This document shows, piece after piece, positions 10,950 through 20,070 of a DNA stretch of 64,000 nucleotides. Position 1 is the stretch's first letter. Each line of letters begins with the position of its first letter. The translations under genes were made by a program, and so were the position numbers. The notes below the pieces were generated by a model. The model was not told the origin of the DNA, did not search any database, and saw nothing but the letters and a program-made list of their open reading frames with translations. Source of the stretch: Methanomethylovorans hollandica DSM 15978 (GTDB lineage: Archaea > Halobacteriota > Methanosarcinia > Methanosarcinales > Methanosarcinaceae); assembly GCF_000328665.1 (NCBI RefSeq), contig NC_019977.1, forward strand, positions 1,728,011 through 1,792,010. The letters are read 5' to 3'.

Positions 10950-11149
10950 ATTTTGGATTAAGATAGCAGTAATACAGGTATTAATTATAAATCTAACTGT
11001 TCATGAAGTATATAGCTAAACATGTTCAACGGAAGATTCATATCCTACATTTACTAAGTTCATCATTATTTAGCATGAAAGCTACTAAGAGATTATTGGA
11101 TGCAACCAGATACATTTTGTTCTTAATTTTGATCGGTACTCTGGAAGTG

Positions 11150-11769
11150 GAGGCCATGAGCACTTTAGCTAAAAGGCTATTAAGAGATATATCTCCTTCC
11201 CGTGAACTAGCAATAGCTCTTGAGGATGCTGATCTGGAGTATGGGAACTGGATATGGTTAAAGGTACTTTCAATGTGAACAAAAGTTGGGCACATATGCT
11301 AGGATATGACTTGGAGGAAATAGAGCCTCACACATCTTTCTAGAACATATTGGCGCATCCAGATGTTTGCTGTGAATGGTACTGTTGTTCGGCGGGACAC
11401 ACTGGGAAATCACCTTAGGATCATTGGCACACAATTTGAGGTGGATCATGTAAAAGAAGCCGAGAAGAATATAGAGCATTCCGAGCCAAATTTAAGACAT
11501 TGTTCCACAGTGCTAATGACCTGATCTTTATGCAGGATATGGATCTCAATCTGCTGGAAGTGAACCAGATAGCCTGCGAAAGACTTGGCTATACAAAGGA
11601 AGAACTGCTTTTACTCCGGCCAAAAGAACTAGAAACATCTGATTATTTACCCCTCATAAAGTCCAGGATGACAGCCAGAAAGACAAAGGCACCACTTATA
11701 CACGTGTCTCTCGCATTAAAAAGAAAGACCATTGAGAGAAAAGAGTATATAGACCTCACTGACAATTAA
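11150..11769 (+). pseudogene. Degraded multi-PAS sensor (histidine kinase-type) gene
   Basis: Fragments in shifting frames: GVWELDM, VNKSWAHMLGYDLEEIEPHTSF*NILAHPD (TAG at 11341), LFHSANDLIF..LLEVNQIACERLGYTKEELL. Confidence 0.75.
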
Positions 11770-11863
11770 AGACAAATAAGACAACACAATGCTATACTCT
11801 TTGTAGCATAGAATATCCTTTAATTCATATTATAAAAATCAGGCATTGTCAATATAGTGACCA

Positions 11864-13561
11864 TTGCCAAATTGGAGAGTTTATTTGAACTGGACAACCG
11901 CTGGAATTGCATTGTTTCTCCTGTATTGGATACTTGTATCGTATCTGAACAGGAATGGTACCCTTGAGAGATATAATATCACAAATTATGGCCCGCTCTT
12001 GATGATCAGGACCACAAGGGGGCTTAAACTACTTGACAGGTTAGCAGTGCCTAAGAAAGCCTGGAGATTGTTTGCTGACGTTGGTATACGACTGATGTTC
12101 ATAGGCATGTTAGCTATGTTGCTCATTGTGATAGTTTCCGATATTTCGATGCTTTCATCGCTGGGTGACAATACAATGCCAGAACCGAACAAGTTCAATG
12201 AAGCGCGCAACATATTCCTGATTCCCGGTGTCAATGAGTTCATTCCTTTTACATGGGGTTTAATAGCCCTTATTGTGACCCTGGTGGTGCATGAGTTTTC
12301 CCATGCTATTCTCTGCAGGGTAGAAAATATCCGGGTCAAATCAATGGGCATACTGCTTGCTCTTGTACCAGTTGGAGGGTTTGCAGAACCAGACGAAAAA
12401 GAACTTTTTGGTACTGAAACAACTGAAAAGGAAGATGAGGGACCAGTTGAAAGAACAAAATCCAAGGCTGCTACGCGTCAGCAAAGGGCACGCATCCTTT
12501 CAGCAGGTGTCATGGCAAATTTTGTTGTTGCACTTTTTGCCTTTAGCTTGTTCTTCGGCCCCGTGCTTGGTGCAATTGCACCAATTGGTAATGTAATGAT
12601 CATGGATGCACAGGATGAGGCTTCCGCTGCCGGGCTGGAGTCACAGATGATCATCACCCAAATAAATGAAAAACCAGTTGAGAACATAGTGGGGATGCTT
12701 GAATATCTTGATACTTTCCCGGAAGGTGAAACTGTCAGATTATATGCTTCAAAGGATAGGGTTACCTCTGCCTATGATGTCAAGATAGGGGCTGCTGAAG
12801 AAGACATCAAGGGAGTTCTTATCCAGGACATAGTATCTGCATCTCCTGCAGAGGCTGCGGGTTTACAGAAAGGCATGAGGATAATGGAGATGGAAGGTGT
12901 TCCCATACGAACTGTTTATGACTTCCGTTATTTCATGAACACCACATCTGCAGGTCAGCCTATAACACTGGTGCTTGCTGACAACACATCCGCAGAACGT
13001 GAGTTAACACTTGAGCTTGCATCTCATCCTGACGAAGGTAATGACAAGGGTTTTTTGGGAGTATTTACCAGTCAGGATGAAAATGTGGCGACAAGTCTTG
13101 GGATCACAGTGGGAGAATTCCCTGCAACGACCTATATCTCTTTGCTCCAGAGTATCCCTGAAATGCTAAAAGGAATAGCTGGCTGGCTGATCCTGCTGGG
13201 TTTGCCTATTGTTGGTTTTGCCGGAGAGGGTTTCCCCGGATTCAGTGGGATGCTCGCCAACTTCTATGCTCCTGCAGGATGGGCCGAACCCCTGGGAATC
13301 GGTATATTCTGGATCGCTAACTCTTTATTATGGATAGGCTGGCTTAACTTCTATGTGGGCCTGTTCAATTGCCTGCCTGCAGTACCTCTTGACGGAGGAC
13401 ATGTATTCAAAGATTACACAAAGGCTTTTATTTACAGGCTGACAAAGAATGAAGAGAAGTCACTTCGCCTTTCAGCAGCTGTAACTGCCACATTTGCTGT
13501 GCTGATATTCATGTCCTTTGTATTCATGATATTCGTACCGTATTTAGTGCATGGGTTCTGA
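11864..13561 (+). CDS. Site-2 protease (M50) with two PDZ-like domains
   Basis: VVHEFSH, GGFAEPD, AGVMAN, SPAEAAGL, FNCLPAVPLDGG. Confidence 0.93.
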   Translation: MPNWRVYLNWTTAGIALFLLYWILVSYLNRNGTLERYNITNYGPLLMIRTTRGLKLLDRLAVPKKAWRLFADVGIRLMFIGMLAMLLIVIVSDISMLSSLGDNTMPEPNKFNEARNIFLIPGVNEFIPFTWGLIALIVTLVVHEFSHAILCRVENIRVKSMGILLALVPVGGFAEPDEKELFGTETTEKEDEGPVERTKSKAATRQQRARILSAGVMANFVVALFAFSLFFGPVLGAIAPIGNVMIMDAQDEASAAGLESQMIITQINEKPVENIVGMLEYLDTFPEGETVRLYASKDRVTSAYDVKIGAAEEDIKGVLIQDIVSASPAEAAGLQKGMRIMEMEGVPIRTVYDFRYFMNTTSAGQPITLVLADNTSAERELTLELASHPDEGNDKGFLGVFTSQDENVATSLGITVGEFPATTYISLLQSIPEMLKGIAGWLILLGLPIVGFAGEGFPGFSGMLANFYAPAGWAEPLGIGIFWIANSLLWIGWLNFYVGLFNCLPAVPLDGGHVFKDYTKAFIYRLTKNEEKSLRLSAAVTATFAVLIFMSFVFMIFVPYLVHGF

Positions 13562-13748
13562 TGGCAGATACAATGGAATGCAACGATGCATGAACATGTA
13601 TTTATACCGTATTGCAGTTGCCAAGAACATTGCATCCTTTTTTCCCATCACCTGTAATCTAATTCAGGATCGTTGGAGATCTGCCCGGTGCAAGGTAAAG
13701 ATGAACAGGTTCAATAAACAGTATCTAAAAAACTAAGATGATGATATC

Positions 13749-14522
13749 ATGGAGTTTCTGTTATTTGCAGTAATGGTCTTTTTTTTGTCTATGCTGTTCT
13801 CCATGATAGGCCTTGGAGGCGCCATAGTGTATGTACCTCTTTTTTATTGGTCAGGATTCGACCTGCTCAGTGCCATACCTATGGGCTTGTTGTTGAATAC
13901 AGTGACATCGGCATCTGCAGCCGTGACATATCTGCGAAAGGGACTTGTAAAACTGCCTGTCGCGATCCCGTTTATTATCATCTCCATGATAGCTGCGCCT
14001 GTAGGTGCTTATTGTACACATTTGGTACCTGTTAATATACTGCTTGGGATATTCAGTATCATTATGGTACTGATAGGAACTCAGATGTTGGTCCCTGAAA
14101 AAAAGTTTTTTCCAGCAACTGGGAACCAAGAGAACATAAGTTCTTTTCCTCTGATCCTCACCTCGGGGTCCATAGTAGGTTTTGCCGGTGGTTTGCTGGG
14201 AATTGGCGGGGGTTCACTGGTAATGCCATTGCTGATCTATATGGGATACGCTGTTAAAACAGCTGCGGCTACTTCCGGCCTTATTGTTTTGTTCACTTCC
14301 TTTGCCGGATTGATCGCACACCTCACTTCGTGGCAGCCGGATATGGAACTTGTGAGTTATATTACGATCGCGGCTTTTTTAGGTGCACAGGTGGGTTCCT
14401 ACCTCATGCATACCAGAATGCAGCCGCAGACCTTAAGGAAAATGGTTGGTATGGTGCTGTGGATTATGGCCGTGAGAATGATAGCAGGCCTGTTTGGAAT
14501 TCTTTCTGATGGAAACCTTTAA
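13749..14522 (+). CDS. TauE/SafE (TSUP) sulfur-compound transporter
   Basis: Two repeated halves with IGLGGAIVYVP and LLGIGGGSLVMP; about 8 TM. Confidence 0.88.
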   Translation: MEFLLFAVMVFFLSMLFSMIGLGGAIVYVPLFYWSGFDLLSAIPMGLLLNTVTSASAAVTYLRKGLVKLPVAIPFIIISMIAAPVGAYCTHLVPVNILLGIFSIIMVLIGTQMLVPEKKFFPATGNQENISSFPLILTSGSIVGFAGGLLGIGGGSLVMPLLIYMGYAVKTAAATSGLIVLFTSFAGLIAHLTSWQPDMELVSYITIAAFLGAQVGSYLMHTRMQPQTLRKMVGMVLWIMAVRMIAGLFGILSDGNL

Positions 14523-14552
14523 GAATCTGATCGTAATCAGATGTTCCATAGT

Positions 14553-14642
14553 GGGCTCGTAGGGTAGCCAGGATATCCTAATGGGCTTCGAAACCCATGG
14601 TGAAGACACCCATTGACTCGCGTTCGAATCGCGGCGGGCCCG
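14553..14642 (+). tRNA. tRNA-Arg(TCG) with 16-nt canonical 37/38 intron (14592-14607)
   Basis: GGGCTCG...ATGGG-CT-TCG-A^AACCCATGGTGAAGAC^A-CCCAT; CTTC/GAAG central helix with two 3-nt bulges (BHB); GTTCGAATC T-loop. Confidence 0.94.
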
Positions 14643-14657
14643 CTTGATTTATTAAGT

Positions 14658-15398
14658 TCATTGACAAAGCGGTAGCTTTCCGTAGTAGTATATATGGCCG
14701 CCATCACCATCTGCTCTGAATGTAAATACTAGAGGCTGGACCTGCACTCCTTCTTTGAGAGCATGGTTAAAAGCAGCAGCGAAATCCGGATCTATGTTCT
14801 CATGTGCTGTGAAACATTGTGCCTCCTGCCGGAAAACCAATACCATCATCATAGCTTTATCTCCGGCTTGCACGGCTTTTATGAGTTCCTCGACATGCCT
14901 TCTTCCGCGTGTCGTGGGAGCATCTGGGAACATCGCCCTACCATTTTCGGCAAGAGTGCATCCTTTTACTTCGATCCATGTTCTGCGCCCTGCTTCCTCA
15001 AGCAGGTAATCCAGCCTGCTTTCCCCGAAGACCTGCTCAGGCAGGATCTTCTCGGTATTTGCTAGGCTCTCTATTATTTTATTTTCCAGAACCCACATGG
15101 AAATCTGTCTGTGATACCCGGAATGAGTAAGAACGAAGTCATCTCCTGCTTTGCCAGCTATGAGGTCCCACTCTGTTTTTCTCTTTTTTCCGCTGGCTTT
15201 TTTCAGAAGCAATTTGTTGCCGGGATACAGTAGATCCGTAAGTCTTCCGGGATCATGGACATGTACTTTTTCACATTTTGATCCTAAAGGAGTGGCAATG
15301 TCCACTATTGCCAAAAACCTGTTGGGTCTGGAAACCAGGGTCCCCTCTGCATCAAGGGGAATGTCAAGAACATGTCTTGAAACTTGTGTCATGTTCAT
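14658..15398 (-). CDS. sfsA: SfsA family DNA/RNA nuclease
   Basis: RPNRF, HVHDPGRL, SRLDY, IEVKGCTL, FPDAPTTRGRRH; start at MNMTQ (15398) or 15392. Confidence 0.92.
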   Translation of the reverse strand: MNMTQVSRHVLDIPLDAEGTLVSRPNRFLAIVDIATPLGSKCEKVHVHDPGRLTDLLYPGNKLLLKKASGKKRKTEWDLIAGKAGDDFVLTHSGYHRQISMWVLENKIIESLANTEKILPEQVFGESRLDYLLEEAGRRTWIEVKGCTLAENGRAMFPDAPTTRGRRHVEELIKAVQAGDKAMMMVLVFRQEAQCFTAHENIDPDFAAAFNHALKEGVQVQPLVFTFRADGDGGHIYYYGKLPLCQ

Positions 15399-15483
15399 TT
15401 CTCTTATTGACATTTCTTTTATGTATAGGGTAACAGGAATTAGATCTCCGGGCTTTGCCGGTGTTACAGACTTGCATACACAA

Positions 15484-16053
15484 TTAAAAACCTGTATAAT
15501 CCGACATTTCATCCATGAATCTTTCCAATATAACCTCTGGACATATGTCTATAACAGGAACCTGTGCATTTCCGGGCTGCACTTTGACCACTATGACGCC
15601 ACTTTTCACTTCTTCAAGTAACCGTATAAGACTTTCCGGATCGTCTGCATCATATACTTCTTTGATCCCTACTCCCTTGGCCACAGCTGCAAGGTCAGTG
15701 TACATTGAAGTGGCCGTAGGTTCATCACCTGTGGAGCCGTATGTGCCATTGTCTATTATTGTCAGCAGATAGTTTTCCGGGTGCTGGCTTGCTATGGTTG
15801 CAAGACTGCCGAGGTTCATAAGCATGGAGCCATCACCTTCGATAGTTATCACACGTCTTTGAGGCTGCGCAAGGGACAAGCCCAAGCCAATGGATGAAGC
15901 AAGTCCCATAGAACCCAGCATGTAGAAGTTGCGCTGCGTATCACATAAGTAATACAGTTCCTTAGAGGGTATGCCAATATTGCTTATCAGCAGTGCTCCA
16001 TCCTTTTTGGCTTTATCTGCAATGACCTTGATAGCATCCAGACGTATCATCAT
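15484..16053 (-). CDS. comE: Sulfopyruvate decarboxylase beta subunit
   Basis: NIGIPSKEL, NFYMLGSMGLASSIGLG, GDGSMLMN, DNGTYGSTG TPP-binding motif. Confidence 0.93.
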   Translation of the reverse strand: MMIRLDAIKVIADKAKKDGALLISNIGIPSKELYYLCDTQRNFYMLGSMGLASSIGLGLSLAQPQRRVITIEGDGSMLMNLGSLATIASQHPENYLLTIIDNGTYGSTGDEPTATSMYTDLAAVAKGVGIKEVYDADDPESLIRLLEEVKSGVIVVKVQPGNAQVPVIDICPEVILERFMDEMSDYTGF

Positions 16054-16553
16054 AATCTCCAGAAACCTATCTTTAACAGCACAGCCACAGGGCTTTTCTT
16101 TTCCAGGGATGTTGTCATTGCTTGAACGATCATGTTTTCAGCTTCCTGTTTTGAAGCTGGCACAAAAAAGGGGATAGCCATTGTTCTCAGCAAACCCGGA
16201 GTGAGCACGCCCATAGGCACCTGTGCACAGACAGGTTCCCCTTCCACACCCCTGTGGCTCACGATCATGAGCAGGGGTATGCCGTACAGTTCGTTAAGGG
16301 AAGCAAGGGCATTAATGGAATTTCCAAGACCGGAATTCTGCATCAGCATTGCGGTGCTTTTTCCACCCATATATGCGCCTGCACATACTCCTACACCTTC
16401 TTCTTCTCTCGTGACAGCCACATGGATGATATCCGGGTCCTTGTCGACCATTAATATGAGGTCCTTCAGGTTCACACAGGGCACGCTGACCACAAAGTCG
16501 ATACCTGCTTTTTTAATGCCTTGCAGCACTGCCATTGACGGATTATTGTCCAT
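16050..16553 (-). CDS. comD: Sulfopyruvate decarboxylase alpha subunit
   Basis: SVPC, TREEEGVGVCAG, MQNSGLGNSIN, SHRG, AQVPMG. Confidence 0.93.
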   Translation of the reverse strand: MDNNPSMAVLQGIKKAGIDFVVSVPCVNLKDLILMVDKDPDIIHVAVTREEEGVGVCAGAYMGGKSTAMLMQNSGLGNSINALASLNELYGIPLLMIVSHRGVEGEPVCAQVPMGVLTPGLLRTMAIPFFVPASKQEAENMIVQAMTTSLEKKSPVAVLLKIGFWRL

Positions 16554-16579
16554 CCTGTATCCTCATTGTTACTGCTTCT

Positions 16580-17209
16580 TCACCACACTTTAAGGTCAAT
16601 GGCCTCTATGCGAAGCCTGCGACCCTCTACAGATACCACGATGCCGGAATGCACCTTCTGCATCATACAGTGTTCCGGCAGAAACTTAACTGTCTGGCAC
16701 ATCGAAGGGACCTTGCCTTTTATAACAATGCCTTCAAAAGCGAGGATCATGCATAGACCTGCATCCTTAAAAGAAAAATCGTTCTTTCCAAGCCTGTGCA
16801 AAGGTCCTACTATGTGCACAGTGAATATACCCGGGGATCTGTCTATCACTTTAGCAAAGTGAGTGACCGGACAGCCTAATGGCCTATAGCGTAATATATC
16901 CCCGATCTCTATCTCAAGAGATCCATCCAGGGGATGAATATCCTCCCTGCAGGAGCATTCGCTGTGGAGCGGACCAAGTGAAAAATCAGCTCTAAGGCCA
17001 TCAATGATGCCAGTTACTTTATCTTCGTTCTTTTCCTGACCTACAAGCCCCTTTAACTGCTCCAGGTTTGTTCTGAACATCTCTCTTTCAAGGAAAGGGC
17101 ACCGCATCAGGCTTGATTCATCTGTGATCTGTGCTGCAAAATCCCTGCATTGCTTAAAACCACAGCTTCCACAATTATATCCGGGCAGGAGCGACAGTAT
17201 CTTGTTCAC
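16580..17209 (-). CDS. Fe-S-binding protein (N-terminal RnfB-type LPGxNCGxCG domain) of unknown function
   Basis: LPGYNCGSCGFKQC...CPF; further CSCRE, GCPVTH, HCMMQKVH. Confidence 0.8.
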   Translation of the reverse strand: MNKILSLLPGYNCGSCGFKQCRDFAAQITDESSLMRCPFLEREMFRTNLEQLKGLVGQEKNEDKVTGIIDGLRADFSLGPLHSECSCREDIHPLDGSLEIEIGDILRYRPLGCPVTHFAKVIDRSPGIFTVHIVGPLHRLGKNDFSFKDAGLCMILAFEGIVIKGKVPSMCQTVKFLPEHCMMQKVHSGIVVSVEGRRLRIEAIDLKVW

Positions 17210-17212
17210 CGT

Positions 17213-17911
17213 TCACTCTCCCCTGTATTCCATACAACCGTCAAGGCTGCGCAAAACTCCCATGTGGTGTTTGCGTGCCACTCTCATCTCACCGGTACAC
17301 AAAGAACAAATTGCAAGAGGAGGATTATATCGTAATTTCATCCCGGTCCCTGTATCAGGGGAAGCACGTATCAGCTCAGCAAGCTCAAAAGAGCCTTTCC
17401 CTGTAAGTCCGTTAGCTTCCACAATACTGCATCCGGGATTCACATCCAGGACCCTTTCCCTGAACACTTCCCGCTCTGCCTGGGAAACCACATCTCCTTT
17501 TGTCATGACCACCACGTCTGCGGTTGTGAGGAGCGGGCCGACCTTAAGGGGAGTGTTAGGACCGGTAGTCACATCGATGACACAAACAGCAAGGCAATCA
17601 TCAGGATAGGGAGCACATCGCAGGCAAAGGCCCGCAGTTTCGTTTAGGAGCATGTCAGAACCCTTGGATGCTGCCCATCTCAGCATTTCTTCGGTGTTGT
17701 AGATCGTAAAATGGTCAGGACACATATCCTTGGCAAGTCCCACCTGCACAGGTATCCCAAGCTTCTGGAACCTCTGGTCATCATCTGTCCACAGACAGTC
17801 GATCTTGACCACTGCCGGGGAATTTCTCAGGGATACAAGAGCTTTGATCGTGTGAAGCAATACAGAAGTTTTTCCTGACCCGGGAGTGCCTGCAATTACA
17901 ACAAGTTTCAT
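17213..17911 (-). CDS. HypB/UreG-like (G3E) GTPase with Cys-rich motifs
   Basis: GTPGSGKT, KIDC, MCPDH, ETAGLCLRCAP, TKGD, C-terminal CSLC. Confidence 0.82.
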   Translation of the reverse strand: MKLVVIAGTPGSGKTSVLLHTIKALVSLRNSPAVVKIDCLWTDDDQRFQKLGIPVQVGLAKDMCPDHFTIYNTEEMLRWAASKGSDMLLNETAGLCLRCAPYPDDCLAVCVIDVTTGPNTPLKVGPLLTTADVVVMTKGDVVSQAEREVFRERVLDVNPGCSIVEANGLTGKGSFELAELIRASPDTGTGMKLRYNPPLAICSLCTGEMRVARKHHMGVLRSLDGCMEYRGE

Positions 17912-18672
17912 ACCGTACCCTCAACAATGTCTCCCCTGCGGATGGTTTCTCTGAGAGAGAGCAGCCAGTTATCCACTTCAGCTATCTTGCAACAAACATG
18001 TTGTTCCCGTGAGCTTGTAGTAATAACATCCACCATGCCGCCATTTTTCATCACTATCCTGCGGGTGGCCATGAGTGCCAGTACAGGATCGTGGGTCACA
18101 ACTATCACTATCTTGCCCTCACATGCAAGCAGTTCCAAAGCTTCCTGTTTTCTGATCCCTGCATTTTCTATCTCATCGATGAGCACCACAGGAGAATCAC
18201 TGATAACAGCAATGTCAGCTGTCATGAGAGAACGGGACTGGCCGCCGCTAAGTGCAGTAAGATGGTGATGTAGGGCTATGGGTTCCCCGGTAAGAGTATT
18301 GGCAAGTTCCAAAACACGGTGCACAAGTCCTGGTCCCTTCCCTCTGCTTCTTGCATGCATTATAAGGAAATCCTCTACTGTCATATCAGCCAGAAAGTGC
18401 ATTTTCTGCGAGAGTTGAGCCACCAGTTTAAGCCGTGGGTCCACTCTGATCGAAGTGTCCGGTACTTCGCCATTAATAAGTATATGCCTGCCTGAAGAAG
18501 TATCTCCCCGGGCAAGCTGTTCAATATCATCGATAAGAGTGCTTTTTCCCGAACCAGTGGGACCCACTATGCCGATTATCTCACCTTTGTTAACTTCTAT
18601 TCTGTCAATAGACTCCGTAATTCCGTCCTTGTTGACGCCACCCAGAATAGTCAGTGTTATTACATCCCTCAT
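17908..18672 (-). CDS. Stand-alone ABC-type ATPase (no permease partner)
   Basis: GPTGSGKS, LSGGQ, VLIDE, VTHD. Confidence 0.85.
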   Translation of the reverse strand: MRDVITLTILGGVNKDGITESIDRIEVNKGEIIGIVGPTGSGKSTLIDDIEQLARGDTSSGRHILINGEVPDTSIRVDPRLKLVAQLSQKMHFLADMTVEDFLIMHARSRGKGPGLVHRVLELANTLTGEPIALHHHLTALSGGQSRSLMTADIAVISDSPVVLIDEIENAGIRKQEALELLACEGKIVIVVTHDPVLALMATRRIVMKNGGMVDVITTSSREQHVCCKIAEVDNWLLSLRETIRRGDIVEGTV

Positions 18673-18676
18673 ATTC

Positions 18677-19939
18677 CTACCTCTTAAACTTCTCAGAAAC
18701 TTTTCCTACTATCTTCAACTCTGCTTCCGGGTCATGGGCCGAGACCCTCATGTCAGGAACAAGGTTATACAAATTATAGTCCCTGTGCAGTCTTTCCATC
18801 CCCCCGCCTGTTATATTAAGCACTATACTGTCATTGCGATCTATGAACTTCTTTTCCACAGCTCGCATAAGAGCGGCAACTGCAACTGCAGCAGCCGGAT
18901 TAATGTCAATGCCTTCAAGTTCTTCGAACAACTGTCGTGCATTTGCTGCAGCAGCATTATCGATGCCATACATCCTGCCTCCTGTGGCTTGTAGGGCATC
19001 CCTCACACCTCCAACAACAGAATACGGAGGTTTCCTGTTGAATAGGACATCAGCGTACATATCCTTCGGACATTTCCTATCCACTATACTTTGATCTGCA
19101 ACGTTATTTGCCCACAAACTGATAAGGGGGGCACATGGCAAATTCTGTGCCAGGTGTAGTTGTGGCAATACATTCCCAAAACGTCCGTCCTGGATAAGCC
19201 TCAGGGATGCTTCCCAGGAGGAAATGCCACCAGTCCCGCTCCCCACAGCCTGAAAATAATGCATGGGCAATTTTCCTATAGTAAGTACTGCATCCAGCAT
19301 CACTGTACCCATGCCATCCCTGCGTGCAACGTTCTTTGCTCCCCCTTCACTAACAAACATCTCTCTTGATGCCACTTTGTTGGCAAGTTCGATGGCATTG
19401 TAATAATCTCCCTCTACAGTTACCAGGCATATTGAAGATGTATCTTCATGCAAGGTCCAGAGACGATGAACACTGTTCTGCGGGACTACAAGCAACAACG
19501 GCTGTCTTGTAATACTGCATACGTGTGCAAAAGCACGGGCAGTGTTCCCTGCTGAAGCGACGGCCATGATCCTTCTATCCTGTCTTTCCAGCAATCTCTG
19601 CATTGTAGGGAAGGCTTCCAGGTCTTTGAAAGTACAGGTCATCATGGAAGCATTCTTCTCTGGCCAATATCCGTTAAAAGCTATATACAGGTCAGAAAGA
19701 CCAAGTTCTCTGGCAAAAGCTTCACTTTTATATGTCACCGTCTTGCCGGTACCTTCACCGATAATACCGTCCACTGGAAGCCAATCATAGAATTCCCAGA
19801 TCCCAGGTATGTTCCTGGGTATCAGCTGTGATGCCCCATAAAAAGTGCGTAAAAGTGCATCATGTCCTTTACTGCATATCAAAGACATTGGATCTTGCAT
19901 CTCTCCGCATGTTGGACATCTTACAGAATACTTATGCAT
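18677..19939 (-). CDS. Cysteate synthase (threonine synthase-like PLP enzyme, CoM biosynthesis)
   Basis: FNGYWPE, TCTFKDLEA, ASAGNTARAF, NVARRDGMG, QAVGSGTG, LNITGGG; co-oriented with comDE. Confidence 0.92.
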   Translation of the reverse strand: MHKYSVRCPTCGEMQDPMSLICSKGHDALLRTFYGASQLIPRNIPGIWEFYDWLPVDGIIGEGTGKTVTYKSEAFARELGLSDLYIAFNGYWPEKNASMMTCTFKDLEAFPTMQRLLERQDRRIMAVASAGNTARAFAHVCSITRQPLLLVVPQNSVHRLWTLHEDTSSICLVTVEGDYYNAIELANKVASREMFVSEGGAKNVARRDGMGTVMLDAVLTIGKLPMHYFQAVGSGTGGISSWEASLRLIQDGRFGNVLPQLHLAQNLPCAPLISLWANNVADQSIVDRKCPKDMYADVLFNRKPPYSVVGGVRDALQATGGRMYGIDNAAAANARQLFEELEGIDINPAAAVAVAALMRAVEKKFIDRNDSIVLNITGGGMERLHRDYNLYNLVPDMRVSAHDPEAELKIVGKVSEKFKR

Positions 19940-20070
19940 AAGGCCAACTTGGTAATGCCTGATAAATATGTTTCCTTGGATGGAAGTATATTTGCCTTAC
20001 TGAGGCAATTAATGACCAATCAATGTCCTGAGTAGGATATTATTGTTAGAATCAAGGATCCACAATAAGC

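Noticed and set aside
14592..14607. tRNA intron as a novelty
   Set aside because: Canonical 37/38 BHB intron, ordinary for archaea
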